64,000 nucleotides of DNA from Pelagomonas calceolata. Lineage: Eukaryota. The notes under the pieces are model-generated. The model saw only the letters and a program-made list of their open reading frames with translations, made no database searches and had not been told where the DNA came from. Below, one piece after another: positions 46,234 to 59,985 of the stretch. Within the stretch, counting starts at the first letter, position 1; each line of letters opens with the position of its first letter. The stretch spans positions 1,798,001 to 1,862,000 of the forward strand of contig CAKKNE010000001.1 in assembly GCA_918797485.1 (NCBI GenBank), given 5' to 3'. The position numbers and the translations under genes were made by a program.

Positions 46234-48791
46234 TTACGCCCCCTCCTTCTCGAGCGCCGCCAACCGCCCCGCCGCGTCCTCAACAACCTCCGCGGGAAAC
46301 CCCGCGAGCCGCGCGCAGTGGATGCCGTAGCTCTTGGTGGCTGGTCCCGCTTCCACTTTGTACAACAACGTCAGCTCCTCCGAATCAACAAGAGCGTCGA
46401 CGTGGTAGTTTTTAACACAACCGTCCGTCGTCGCCTCCAAGTCACAGAGCGCGTAGAAGTGTGTAGTGAAGATGGACAGCGGCCCCCGGCACAGCGTCTC
46501 GCAGACGGCGGCCGCCAGCGCCGTTCCGTCCGTCGTCGACGTCCCGCGCCCGATCTCGTCGACGACCACGAAGCTCCGTGGCGTCGCGTTCTTCAAAATA
46601 GCGGCCGTCTCGCGCATCTCGCGGACGAACGTCGACTGGCCCGCGCGCGGGTCGTCGGCCGAGCCCACCCTGGCGAAGACCCGATCTAATAAAGGCACCT
46701 CCGCCGCATCGGCCGGCACGTACGACCCGACGTGCGCGAGGACGCACGCCAGGGCCGCGGCGCGCGCGAAGGTCGACTTGCCGCCCATGTTCGGACCTGC
46801 GTCGCGTCGATGGCGTCACGGCGGCGCCACAGTCGACGCGGCGAGCCTCGGAGCGGAAAGGACGCTGCCTCGCACCGGTCACGAGCCAGCACCGGTTCTT
46901 GGCGCCGTCGCCGCCGAGCTTTACGTCCGAAGGGATGTAGTCCGAGACCGCTTCGTCCACGAGCGGGTGCCGCAGGCCCTCTATTGTCAATGCCTTGCCG
47001 TCGACCGTCGGCCGCGTCCAGGCCCGCTGCGACGCGCACTCGGCCAGTGCCAACAACGCGTCGACGTCGCCGACCAACCGCGCCGCGTTCCGTAGAGGCG
47101 CCCGGAAGGTCCCCGCGACCTTCGAGCACTCGCGCAGGATCTCGACAGATGCCGCACTACAAGCATTCGACGCCTGGAGCAGGTCCGAGGCGCGCTTCGC
47201 GACGTCCTTCGTCGTGAACAGCACCTCGCCGCCGCGCCGCGTCGCTAGCAAAGTGACGTGCGAGGCCTTCCGCACCGCCGCGGCGCCGGCCTTCGTCACT
47301 CTTAAAACATGACCCCGCTGGTCGTCGGCCTCGAGCTTCAGCTTCGGCGTCGTCTTGGCGCGCTTCGCGGGCTTCTTTTGCGAGGGGAACAGGGTCGCTT
47401 CGGCGGCGGCGACGGCCTCGTGCAACGCGTCCTCGGCGGCGTCGCGGCGGGACGAGGCTTGCGCGAGCGCGCCGCAGAGGGTCGTGCGCACCTTGAGCCG
47501 CCTGCGTGGTCGATGGCGTCTTATCTCGTCGCGGACCCGAACTAGGGACGCAGGACACGCGCGGCAGCGCCTCGACGTCGACGACCTCCTCGACCAGTAG
47601 CGCGAGCTTCTCCAGGCTCTTCGCGGCGCGGCCCACGGCCTGCTTCACGTCCCGCAGCCCGTCCCCTTGTAGAGCCGCGGCACAACTCACGAGCCGCTCG
47701 CGCAGCGCGTGCGTCGCGACGAGGTCGCGCAGCGGGATGGACTCGCGCGCGAACGCGGCGGCGAGGCGGTCGGCGTCGGCGCAGCTGCGGTGTTTGAGCG
47801 CCCGGCGCGTGCCTTGCCGCGCCGTCTCGTCGTCCACAAGAGCAGCCACGGCGGCCTGGCGGGCTTTTAACGTAGGCACGTCCGCGAGGGGCCGTCGTAA
47901 CCAGGCCTCGAGCCGCTTCCGGCCGGCGGCCGTCGCGGCGTGCCCGCGCAGCAACGCGAGGACCGAGTCGTCGTCGACCAGGGCCAGCGCTCGTAACGTA
48001 GCCGCATCCAACCGCAGGCAGGTCGTGGGGTCGTCGAGGGACAGGTCGAAGTCCAGGACGCGTGGGCCCGTCGCTGGGTCCGTCGCCGCGAGGCGCTCGA
48101 GGACCGCCGCGCAGGCCTTCAACGCGACCGGAGGCACTGAACGTGCCGCCTCTTCCGCCGCGTCGCCGCCGCAGCGCTCGGCGAGCGAGCGCTGGATCTC
48201 TTGTGGCGGTCCGCCGTACGACGCCGGCGGGACCTTTGTTATTGACGCCCCGCATCTTTTGGCAACGTCCGCCGCGGCGGCGCCGTCGTCGGTCGACACG
48301 ACGAGCACCTCGCGGCAGCCCTCTCCCGCTAATGCGGCTTCCAATCTAGCGAGGGAGACGTCGTCCTCGAACTCGCAGACCCGCAAGCTCCGCGCGCGGA
48401 CGCGGCAGACGGCCAAGCCGGTTCTGGGAGTTGCGGACTGCGGTTTTGCGACCCATATCGCTGCAAACGCGCCGTCGCCGTGCTTCGCCTCCCACGCGTC
48501 CGCCGCGGCGGTTCTCCCAGCGGCGCGGAACTCGTCCGCGAGCGCCGACGCGTCGCCGGGCGTGCATCTCCGTTCGGCCTCGTCGCCGCCCGCGATCACG
48601 ACGGTGGCGCCGCGTGCGATGACCTTCTCGGCCGCCGTGAAGAGATTCGCCGGGCTCAGGCGCAGCGTGCCGTCGTCCCTGAGGAGACGGTCGCTCTGGA
48701 AGACGTCGTCGGCCACCGCTCGCGCCGCGGCCGCCGGCACCTCGTACCAGGGCGGGTCGCCGCCGAGTCGGCGCAGCGTGAGCGTCTGCAT
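46234..48791 (-). CDS. MSH2: DNA mismatch repair protein MSH2, divergent (~805 aa; introns 46797-46875 and ~47502-47562)
   Basis: MSH2-like CEFEDD..LEAAL, GHVLRVTK, RHPLV, VTGPNMGGKSTF, DEIGRGTST.DG, TTHF, LTLLYKVEAG..KSYGIHCARLAGFP. Confidence 0.8.
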
Positions 48792-49029
48792 GGCTGCGCA
48801 GCGACGGCGTACTGGTGGCGTACAGTAACGACTGTTGCGCAGCGACGGCGTCTAGTGGCGCGCAGTAAGCTGTGTCTCAGGCAGCTGGTCTCAGCTTGTG
48901 CCACAGCGAATTTGGTGCGGTCTCTCGCCCCAGCAGCAATCTGTATTCAAATTTCGTGCTCCCTGCGCTCGCACACGCGACCAATTGGCATCAATGCCGC
49001 GAGAGCGCCGAGCTGGCTTGCTTGGTCTG

Positions 49030-49056
49030 GCTTGCTAGTGTCTCACAACCGCTAGC
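49030..49056. promoter_or_regulatory. Recurrent upstream element
   Basis: GCTTGCTAGTGTCTCACAACCGCTAGC, centred between the divergent MSH2 and ankyrin/TRAF genes. Confidence 0.6.
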
Positions 49057-49320
49057 TCGCAACCGGTCAGAGCCCTCTCTCGACTAGTACGACACACCGG
49101 GCGACGACCGTTGCGAAGAAGAGTGCGGCCCGCTACGCTAAAAAAAAACTGAGCCAAGCTCCAGCGCCGCCGTGCGCTACAGCCGCATTGCTGCCCCCGG
49201 CACCCATGCTCGCGCCTTCCATAGAAAGGGCTGCGGCCTGAGCGGCATCGCTGCGAGACGCCCCGGTCCACGAGACGTGAAGGCTGAAGGAACCACAAGG
49301 TGGGGCTGCCCACAGCACAC

Positions 49321-52300
49321 ATGGCACCGGGCCGAGTAAGCCTGCCGCCCGCCGTCGCCGCGAACCCGCTCGCGCGCCCCGTCCCGCGACCCCAGCAGAA
49401 GCGCAAGAAGAAACAAGATGGCATCAGGGGCCCGGGCGGCGTGCGCTACGGACTGGCGCATCATCTAGATGAGCCGTCAGAGCTCACCGAAGCGAACCCC
49501 GTCAGGAGACGACGCAAGGCCATGCGTCGAGTCGATTCTCATAAACCGGTCTTCACGGACCTGATGAAGGCGGCCGCTGTTGGGAGACAGTCGGAGGTCG
49601 AGTATCTGCTCACGCAACCAGAAACTCTATTAACACTGTTCGCCACGGATCGAAGCGGGAGGAACGCCCTGGAGTGGGCCCGGCAGAAGAAGTTTGATGG
49701 ATGTGCTTCTCTGATTCAGGAAGCCATGTCTCGAGAAGTGCGCGTGCGCGCGGAGGACCGCGAGGCTCAGGAGCGCATTTTTGATTTGAAGAGGATCGTG
49801 CGGACGAATGGGCGCATCCGGGCCGTCGTCGAGCACGCGATCAATGAAAGAGATATAGTTACTATATCAAATTGTGTGGACGGAGCAGATTTCGATCGCC
49901 AGGAGTATGTCAGAGCCTGCAATTTACTCCAGGGCTACATGAATAGACATAGCGACGAGACGATGATCACGGACAACTCTCAAGAAGAATTTGATCCGGA
50001 CCCCGAGGCGTACTACGTGGACGTCGAGACGCTGGCTGGTAGTGATTCAGCGTTGAAAATCTGTGATCTGATGGCGCCACGCGTCGATGGCGTCGAGGTG
50101 GCGCTGCCGAGACGCCGTCGACGAGAGATCGCCCCGCCCGCACAAATATCTCACAAAACGACAACGCAGGCACGGCGCTCTTCGTGGCCTGCGCCGAGAA
50201 CCAGGTCGAACTCGCCGACAAACTGTTAACATTAGGCGCGGTCGTCGACTTCGAGAACCAGCGAGGCCACACGGCATTAAGTTGGGCGTGTGTGTGCGGC
50301 GCCGACAAAGTCGTGGAACTCTTATTAACGCACGGCGCCGACCCGAAACGCAAATCTAAATTGGAGGAACGCGTACCGCTCGCCCATGCGGCGCAGCACG
50401 GCCACGCGCGGTGCTGCCAGATCCTCCTGGACCGATTACTGTTCGACGCGCAAATGAAGAGACATGAGTTACTCAAACCGGGCCGCGATTTACCGGAAAA
50501 AGAAGCTTATGTGGTCGAAAGGCACTGGATGCGCGACTTCGAAGAAAATGTATCATATGTCGATCCTGGTACGGATCTAACCGCCCTCGAGTTAGCCAAG
50601 ACGGCACCGGACTGCGACGACTGCGTGAAGGTCTTGGAGATGGCCGAAGCAAGAGTCTTACAACGTAAACAAGAACTCGTGGCGTTGGACCTGGGCCAAG
50701 CGCCCGTCCAGTGCCCGCGCGAATGCGGCGCCGGCCTCATGCAACAATGTCGTTTGACCTACCATATGTTGAATGAATGCGACTTGAGGCCGACGGGCTG
50801 CGATAATTGCGGCGGGACCTTACCTTTGAGGTATCTCCAACAGCATAACGAGACCGAATGTCCCGCGCGGAAAAAAGCCTGTAAGCTCTGTGGTGTCCAA
50901 GTGCTACTCCCGCAGATGTCTGCTCATCATAATTTCTTGTGTAGAATGCGGTTAGCGGCTTGTCGACTCGGGTGTGGTGCGCAGTTGCCCGTGACACAGT
51001 TGCCAAGGCATGAGGTCACGAAGTGCAGGTGGCGAGGAGTGCCTTGCCCCATACCGGGGTGTGGTCGCGAAATCCGAGCGAAAGATCTTAAGCAGCATAT
51101 GAAGGAAGAATGTTTAAGGAGACCGGTCGGGTGTCGACTAGGTTGTGGGCTGAAGGTGCCTTACGAGGAACGCGAACACCACGAGAACAATGTTTGCACT
51201 AGACCATGCATGTGGTGTGGTGAGCGCATAGGACCCGAGAGTCGTAGGAGGTTGCACGAGCGCTTCCACTGCCCGAAGAGGCACGTGCAGTGCCCGAATT
51301 TGTGCGGCGTCGAGGGCGTCGCGGAAGAAGATATGGAGGCGCATTGTATCAAAGATTGCCCCCTGTATCCGTCGGCGTGTCCGAACGGGTGTGCCTGGAC
51401 GGGTTATCGGAGGGAAGTGCGCATCCACATCGACGGCGAATCCGGGAGTTGTCCGGAGCGGAAACGGAGGTGTAGGTACGACATGCTGGGACGACGTATT
51501 CGATTCCGAACGAATGAACAACCCCCTTGCCATTCCCACGAGCAGTACAAGGCCGCCGAGACGGCGTTTCGTATGATGGACGCCGATGGCGACGGTGAGT
51601 TAACTGCAGCTGAGATCTATAACGCCCTCGTGAAGCTGGGCATGCCGCAGACCATCGACTATGTCCGGGATATCGTGGAGAAGGCCGATGAGGACGGGAA
51701 CGGGACTGTCAGTCGTAGGGAGTACCTCGATGCTGTCGCAGCAGACTTGATACCAGAGGGCTGGAACCGGAAGTGGGAGACGGGTCAACTCAGGAAGTAT
51801 GATGTATCTTCCGATCAATACTTAGTTTTTTGTTCTACAAGACCACCTCAACATATGCGGCTCTGTGAGATCGAGGGGCTACAGATCATCGATTCCCATG
51901 GATACAAGTGCGGCTTCATCAAGGGCAAGGACATGGCTGAACACCTTTCAGAAGGTTGTTGTAGTAAACCCTTCGCCGGTCGAGTTCCGGACGATAGTGA
52001 TTCGGACGAACCGATCGGCTCGCCACTATCACAGTCCTCGCGCTCCTTTGTGTCAGATGATAGTGATATGGAAGTGCCGGAGGGTAAAGCACGACCACGA
52101 ATAACATCTCTGGAAGACGCCTTCGGCAAGCCGCCGGACATGGAGGGCAAGATCATTAATCCGATAGATGTGGACCCTGAGACAGGTGTGGCTTATGGTT
52201 CGACGGCAAAGCGGTGCAAGTACGGCTGCAACGCGTCGTTTCCGTTGAACGAGTTGGGCATCGATGCCTATCAACATCATCGAGATAACGAGTGCCCGAA

Positions 52301-55300
52301 ACGGCCCGTGACGTGCGAGTACTGCGGCGATAGCTCGTTGTGGGCCGAAGAGATGGACGAGCACCTACTCAAATGCCCGGTCAAGACGTACAAACCCCCA
52401 CCGCCGGGCTACAAGTGCGCCTGCGGCGAGTGGGTCCTTCGCAAGAATCAGATCGACCATAGCGTGACCTGTGTGGCCAAGCAGCAGTACTGCCCCGGCG
52501 GCTGCGGTCTCAAAATGCTTGTAAGTGAGGTCGAAGTACATATGAAGGAGAAGTGCCCCAAGAGGCACCTAAGACGAGGTGTGCTCGTGGATTGTCGGTT
52601 AGGGTGCGGCGCGTCGGACATCCCGTTCGCGTTGGAATTCCAACACATCACGACGGAGTGTCCTCGGCGCATCGTCGAGTGCGCGCCGGGCGTCGGGGGC
52701 GGCTGTCTGGCGACGTTTCCGGCGAGCATGTGGGAGGAACATGCGCACGTCTGTCCGTGCCGACCGGTGCTCTGTGGCGCGGGCGCCGAGGGCTGTGTGC
52801 GGGAATTGCGATCGTGGGTCTCTCAGGACAAACGGCTGGTGAGATGCGACGTCCACAACGCGTCGGCTTTACTCTTTGCCGTGCGCGCGAACGACACGGG
52901 TCTGTTGTACCACTTGATCGACGCGTGTAGCAGAAACCAGCAAGAGTTAGAGTTAGAAGCATCGGACGGCCACAATGCCTTGACCAAGGCCTGTGAAGAT
53001 GCGAATCTAGAACACATTGAGATTTTGTGGCGATGTGGCGTGAACGTGAACCGAGAAACAGGAAGGGGAAGAACAGCCTTAATAGAAGCGGCCAAGAACG
53101 GCCACCAGGACGTTTGTAGATTTTTGGTGGATCGAGGTGCGAACATCAAACACCGAAATAGATTAGGTAAAAGCGCGCTGCAGTGGGCGGCGCTGTCTGG
53201 CCATGTAGCCGTGCAAAGGCAGATGCGGAGGGACGCCGACGTCCAGGAGTCCATGGCCGTGTTGTTTACGCATGTTACTCGCGGGGATTTGGCGGCGGTC
53301 CACGAAGTGGTTAAAGAAGGAGAAGTGCATACGACCGGATGCATTTTACAGCTGTCGAATGAGTTACTTGAAGAAGATAGATTGTTGGAAGTCGCGCAAA
53401 CTTCCTTGAAAGCCTCGGAGAAGGAGCTTATTGAATTTCAGCAGAAGGAAAGGGAAGGCTTGCACAACTTGGCGTCTTGCTCTCGGCTAGCTTCATTGGT
53501 CGAGGGCCTGGCAGATCAAACGCTAGACGCTCGTAAAAGACTAAATGCCATGAGTGCGGAAAAACACCGGAGATGCGCGTTGCAGCTGAAAACGATCGAA
53601 AGTGCCGATCTGTCCGAAGTGATGGAGTTGAAGAGTAGTGCCGTTGCTGATAGGGTCTATAGGGTCTTTGTTTTATGCTGTATGTTGCTAGGAGTGGAAA
53701 TACCGGAAGGTAGCATGGTGAGGAAGCCCGAGGATCCGGTGGGAGATGCGCAAGTCATCGTCGATAAATGCAAGAAGAAGTTAGAGAGGGCGCAGTCGCT
53801 GCCGGACCAACCTAAAGCCACGGACACGGCCGAAGAGGTCAAGACCATGCTCGCGGAGAAGAAAGCCGCCGTCGACGAGGCCATGGCGAAGATGAACGAC
53901 GCGCTGGAGGGGCTGGAAACAGCTAAGAATAGAGCCGAAGCGCTCAAAGTCAACGAGAAGACGAACGTACCTACGGAGCGCGAGAAGAAGGCTAGAGTGA
54001 AGTTACGAGCCCAGACCTGGCGGGCCTGCAAGAAGCTGCTGAAGATGAAGCCGTCGATCGAGAAAAGATTACGGTTCTTCGCTGAAGGGAGTGCGCCGAT
54101 TGACGATGAATTAGTGGACTTGCTAAGGGAGCGGTACGGCGACGAAGCTTGTTTCAAAAGAGATCGTGAAAAGAAAGGGCAGTTTGAGAAACCTTCAACG
54201 GTTGTCGAAGAGGAGGACGACGACGAGCCGGACGAGTCGCATCTGAAGCCGGAGGATCGGACGACGCCGGAGGATCGAGCGGCCGCGCGAGCCGTGAAAG
54301 CCGCCGCGAAGTACGCCAACGAGGTCGCCGACCGGCCGCCCTTCTTCACGCTGGATGGAGATACCGGGACGGCGGTCGACGCGATCTCGAATGCCGAAGT
54401 GGAGGGCTATCATGTCGTCGGTGTACTGGCTTTATTTGCCAATGCGCACATCGCGTCTTGCGAGAGTGCGCATGCGCAGAAACGCCTGGAGAATACGGAG
54501 AGGCAGTTGCGCAGTCGTTTTGACGACGATCGCGCACCGGCATTACTAGCTGCCAAGCGCTACGCGTATGTGGCGCATAGTAGAGTGAAGATGGTTCGAG
54601 ATGAAAGAGACCAGTGGATCAAGGAGGTTTCTTTCCGTAAAAGAAGAGTGCGCGCGTGGGAAGGTAAAGTACGAGCGGCTCGCGTGCTGCAGCAGTACAC
54701 GCCGCAGGGCCACTCGCTGTTGACTTGGGCGTGCTGTTTAGGTATAGAACAAATAGTGGAGGAGTTGTTAGATCACGGGGCCTGCCCGGGCGTGCCTGAC
54801 GTCGTGCTGGCGGAAGCCAGTCGTGTCGTCCAGCTCGTCTTCAGACACCACTTATGGCGCAAGGAACAGCGGAAGCGCATCGAAGCGTCGGCGTATGCTC
54901 GATCAGCTACGGAGCGAGCCATGCGCACACGAAGAGAAACGGAGCACTGCTTTGAGTTAGCTAGGGTGCTACAGGTGTACAAAGACAAGCGGGGCGCCCA
55001 CCGCGTGCCGTTATGTGAAGCGGCCTACAACGGCAACCACGAATGCTTCGAGGCGTTCAAAAGACGTAAATTGCTCAGAGGTGGAAGTTCTTTGTATGAA
55101 ACGGTACTATACCCCGAGGCCCACTTCCCGTATCGACGAAGGCAACCCGACGAACCCAAACCAAAGTATAATGTGGACGAGTGCGCCAAGTTCGGTGCGT
55201 CCGACCTACGAATGATGGACTGGCGCCACGGCGTCGGCTGGGTATACGACGAGGAAACTCCAAGGTCGTTGACACTAATTGCGGCCGAGGAGGCCTGGCA

Positions 55301-57146
55301 GGGCCACCTGCAGGCGGTCCGAGCCGGTATCCAATCGAGAAGCGACAAGGTACGTACCAGAAAGGAACGGGAAGCCCACAGGGCCGCCGTCGACGCCCTG
55401 GAGGAGGCCTTGCGAAAAGACGACTTCATGCGCATCGGCCAGATATTTGATGAAGGAGTTGTTCCGGTGGACCACGAGGACCCGTCGACGGGCTTGACGC
55501 CGTTGATTGCTGCTGCGCGTGAGGATACATCGATGGAGACGCGCAAAAAGTGCCTTAATGATGCCAATGAAGTTATTTTAGCGGTGGCGTTTCTGTTGGA
55601 TCGACCGAAAAGAAGGCCGCTCGTGGACATGGAGAACCGATGGGGCAACACGGCCCTTACGATGGCTATTTGCAAGGGTCGCGCGGATGTCGTCGAGGCT
55701 TTACTTGAGAGGGGTGCTGATGTTAATCGCAAATCGGAAGGGAGGAAGGGCTGGACTCCATTAAGGTTCGCTGCTGAAAGGGACAAGCCGAAATGCGTGG
55801 AGTTACTATTATTGCGGGGTGCAGACCCCAACATGAAAGGTGACGATGGTCGGACGCCCTTGGACATCTGTGTCAAGCGGGGCCACATCGAGGCGCAAGC
55901 GGCTCTCCAGAGGACGATGCGCCAGGCGTTCGTTGGGAGTGTGCAGAAGCGCGACGCCGCGTTACTCCAAGTGTGCTGTGCGTACGGGTGCGGCGCGTTC
56001 GTGCCCCAAGAGTCGGACGATCCGCAAGCGTACGAAGAGCACCACGCCCAGTGCCCGAAGCGGCCCGTCACCTGCAAGTTTTGTGGTGATTCCGAGTTGT
56101 GGGCCGAGGAGCTGGAGGCGCATCTCGAGTTGTACTGTAAAATTAGGCGCATCATGGACTGTCCTCTGGGATGTGGTATTACTTTCAGGGAAGGCGACTT
56201 GTCCGAACATTTGGTAGAGTGCAAGAACCGCGTGGTCGTCTGCGACTGGTGCGGCGTCGAGGTGTTTGAAAATTCCTACAAGACCCACAAGGACTATAGA
56301 TGTCCCATGAGACCGAAAGTAGAAAAGATAAGACCACCGACGCCCTTAGATCCGGAACCCTGCGAGTTGTGTGGCGCCTTTTATTTCATGGACAAGATCT
56401 CGCCGGAGGCCCACGACTGTCCCGTCATCCGCGTGGCGCCGTGTCCGAACAAGTGCGGTGTGTCATTGCGGCCGCCCGAGCTCCAAGAACATTTGAAGAG
56501 AGAGTGCACGCACCGCTGGGTGCCGTGTGAGCGGGGATGCGGCCTCAAGATCCGAAAATGCGACATGCGCATGCATCTGGACGGGCCCGGGCCGCCTGGT
56601 AGTAGGTGCGGGCTCGTTGAAAGGTACTGCGACGATTGTCAACAGCCCGTCAAATTAGCGTTGTGGGACGCTCATTTATCATCTACTTGTCCGAGACGGA
56701 AAGTCTCGTGTCCCTTATGTGGTACCGAAGTTTATGCGAACGAGTTGGACAAGCACAAATCTGACAAGTGTCCGATCCGCCTGGTGAGGTGTCCCAACCA
56801 AAACTGCTACAAGGAGCTGCCCCTCAACCAGATGAAGGTCCATGCGACGACGGAGTGTCGAAAGAGGGAGTTGAAGTGCCCCCAGGGCTGTGGCCTGCTG
56901 ATGAACGTGAAGCGACTCGCGAGGCACATGACGCACCGCTGCCCGAAGCGGTACGTCGAGTGTCCTTTACAATGTGGTGCTAGGTTTAGGGCCGAGGAGG
57001 AGACTTATCACCTGACGCAGCAGTGCGTGAGAAGGCACGCGGCCGCGCACACGGGCGATTTGGACGCGCCGTCGCCCTCGAAGCTGGACATCGAAAAGGA
57101 GGCGGCGCGGAAGGCGAAGAAAGACCGGTTTGCTGCTGGTGTTTAG
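49321..57146 (+). CDS. Giant protein: ankyrin repeats, three arrays of TRAF-type zinc fingers, EF-hand pair, coiled coils, IQ motif; intron ~50042-50169
   Basis: Repeated CPxxCG...H...C units; EF hands DADGDGELTAAE and DEDGNGTVSRRE; several ankyrin clusters. An intron (donor 50039 or 50042) joins ORF 49300 to ORF 50184 and restores GSTALFVAC. Confidence 0.85.
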
Positions 57147-57390
57147 TTCCGGCTTGGGGAACCTAAGAATTATTTGTGTTACGTACTTCCGCCGTCCGTG
57201 TGTGAGCAATCATGATGGTTTCAGTGTAGAGTCCCCATACGCTGTCGACGGGATACGTTACGCGACTCCAGCAGAGGCATCAGCGACTAGCTCGCGTGTG
57301 GACCCACTCCCTCGGCTTCGCGTAGGATGGGATCTTTACACCCGACAGCTATACACGCCATCGACGCGACACCGAGTCATGAATTGAAGC

Positions 57391-59783
57391 TTATTTCGAC
57401 TCCGTTCGCGCGAGCTGGCTCGCGCCTCGCAGCGCCCGCGCGCGACGGATGAGGTCCATGTCGACGTCGAGGCCGTCGTCGACGGGAGGCGCCTCGCGCG
57501 CCGGCGCGGGTTCGGCGTCGGACAGAAGCGCCCGGGCCCGCGCGACGAGGTCCTCTTCCTCCTTGGAGACGACGACGGCAGGCGCCGGTGCTGTTTCGAC
57601 GGGCGCCGCCGACCGCCCGACGGCGGCGATTTGGGACCTGAGTGGGATCAAATTTCGGGCGCCCCACGCCATCGACGCGACGTTGTCCCCGTGGCCGCGT
57701 CGGCTCGATGGCGTGGAGGTAACCTAACTCACTGGTTGATATCCACACAGGCTGGGACTCAAGCTCGGCCGCGACGCGCGACGCGTGCAGCGATAGCGCC
57801 TTGGCGCGCGCTAACAGCGGGTCAAATTCCTCGTCGATCTCCTCGGGCGTCGCCGCGTCCTCGACCTCGGGCTTGCCGCACATGAGGCGCGCGCGCCGCT
57901 CGACGGCGTCGAGGGGGTCCTCGGGCTTTTCCTCCTCGAACCGCCGCCTGCGGTTCACGAAGATTTAATCGGCAGCGCGAAGCCGCGACCGTCCGGCGCC
58001 GCGCCTAAGTTTTGCCTAAAAATATCCTCGACTAATCACGGCGACGCCGTTGGCGCCAACGCCATCGACGCGGGGATAAATCAACCACACTCGTTACACG
58101 AGAGAGAAAGCGCCTAGGCGCCGCGCGTCATGAAGAGCCGCGACACCGTCGCGACCTGCTCGGCGGTGAGGTCGTAGGCCGGCGCGCCGGCGCAGCCCGG
58201 CCGCTCGAACTGGAGCACGGAGCCGGCCAACGTGGCAGGTAGAGGCTCGAAGGCCCGGACCGGGGCCACCCTCAGCTGGCACGGGAACTTCGTCTGGGCC
58301 GTGGCTTTTCCGGGCGGCGGCGCGACGCCCGTCCAGGGTGCGCTCGTGAAGGCGGACGGCACCACTGGAGAATCGGCAGAGTCGCCCTCGGCGGCGTCGG
58401 GCCGGAAGATGCCGTGGAGGCGCTTTCTCGAAGCGTCCCAGAGGAAGACGCGGATGGACGCGCCGCGGTCCGGCGCATTCAGAATGGCCTTGACGACCGA
58501 AGCATGAGACGCGGGAAACGCGAAGAGCCTTCGATCCAAACATTCGGCGCAGGCGTCGCCATCCGACGCCGCGAAGACCACGCCCGCCGGCACTTCACTT
58601 ACGGAATCCTGCTCCCGCAGCGCGGCCCGCAGCTTCGACAAGGGACCCACCGCCAGCACGCGCGACCCCGTCTGGGGATCGACGGCCGCTTTCAAAGCCG
58701 CGGCCGGCGTGTCGCGCAACTGTTGTAACGTCGAGATGCCGCAGCGCTTCAGCGGCTCCTCGACCCGTCCTAAACCGGCCTCGGCGAGGAAGGCGGCGAA
58801 GGCGTCGGGGGCCTCTTGCCTGTGCGTTTTCGACGCGCGTCTCTCGCGGCCGGCCTCTTCGCCGTCGACGCGTCTGCTCTCGCCGCGCGCGTCGTCCTCC
58901 ACGCCATCGACGCGTCTCTCACTCGTCAGCGGAGAAACGCTCGTGAAGGCGTTATGCGGTCGGCCTCCACGCCATCGACGCAACTGCTCTCTCGCGTCGT
59001 CGCGGAGAAACGCTTGGGAAGCGCGTGGTTGAGAGAAAGGACGCGGGGCGCGCGCCGCGTCACGACAGGAACAGGCTGTGGAGGAGGAGGCGGCGGCGCG
59101 CTTTCCCGCAGCTTCTCGAGCGACGCCCGCAATTTCGAGTAGGGCCCCACAGCCAACACTTTTTGGCCCGTCTCGGGATCCACCAAGTTCCTCAGGTCCT
59201 TCGGGTCGACGTCTAGTAGGTTTTCCACGGTGGAAATGCCGGCGCGCGCCAAAGCGGGCGCGAAGCGGTCCAGGCCGAGGTCGGCGAGGTGCCTCGTGAG
59301 AGCCGGTTCTGGGGTTGTTCCTGATGGCGCCGCGGGCGCGGGCGGCGGCGTCGGACTTGCGTTGAGCTGCCTCCGCAATCTAGCAAGAGCGCCGACGGCC
59401 AAGACGCGCCCGCCGGTCCGCGGGTCTTTGAGGTTCTTTAATTCTTCTTGGGGCATGGCCTTCAATCGAGCAACCGAAGCGCAGCCCGCGGCCACTAAAG
59501 CGTCGGCGTACCTTCCTAAATCGGCGGTCTCGAGGAACGCTTTTAGGTCAGAAGCCGCGCTCCCGTTCTGGGGAGGCGGCGGCGGCGGCGGCGGCGGCTT
59601 CTTGGCCGCTAGCCTTTGCGCCGTCGCGGGGTCGCGCGTCGCGACCGCGGCGACGATCTGGCGCAGCGACGCGGCCTCCTCGTTTGTGATGGCGTTTGCG
59701 CCCGGCGCGAGGATTTCCAACGCTTCCGCGGCGGAGAGCGTGGCGGCGGTCGCCTCGACCGCTTCCGCGTTGACGATGATCAT
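57391..59783 (-). CDS. 3xSAM plus DCD (development and cell death) domain protein, ~618 aa, 4 exons (introns ~58820-59055, ~57948-58126, 57638-57758)
   Basis: Three SAM-like repeats ending DPxTGxxVLAVGxxxKL/RL. DCD-like ECLDRRLFAFP..VFLWD..RLHGIF..FPCQL. Predicted introns carry the introner core; two need GC donors. Confidence 0.65.
57638..57758 (-). mobile_element. Introner element inserted antisense to its host gene
   Basis: The + strand has the family's normal 3' end (CTAACTCACTGGTTGATATCCACACAG). The minus-strand host can splice GA|GTCCCAG...CACTCAG|GTCCCAA, with GTCCCA duplicated. Confidence 0.7.
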
Positions 59784-59957
59784 CGCGGGAGTGGCCTGCT
59801 GCGCCTTGTGTGTATTGGTACCCTCGCTGGCACCTTGTCTGTGCAGCGCTGCGGCTCTGGCGATCGCTGCGAAGCTGGCGCGTCGCGTCGCTGTTGATTT
59901 TGCAGCGGTGGCTCGGTAGCGCGCGAGAGCCGCGCGCGATCGAGATGGTCTCGTCGA

Positions 59958-59985
59958 GCTGCTAGTGTCTTTACTGGCCGCTAGC
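59958..59985. promoter_or_regulatory. Recurrent upstream element
   Basis: GCTGCTAGTGTCTTTACTGGCCGCTAGC, between divergent genes starting at 59783 and 60273. Confidence 0.55.
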
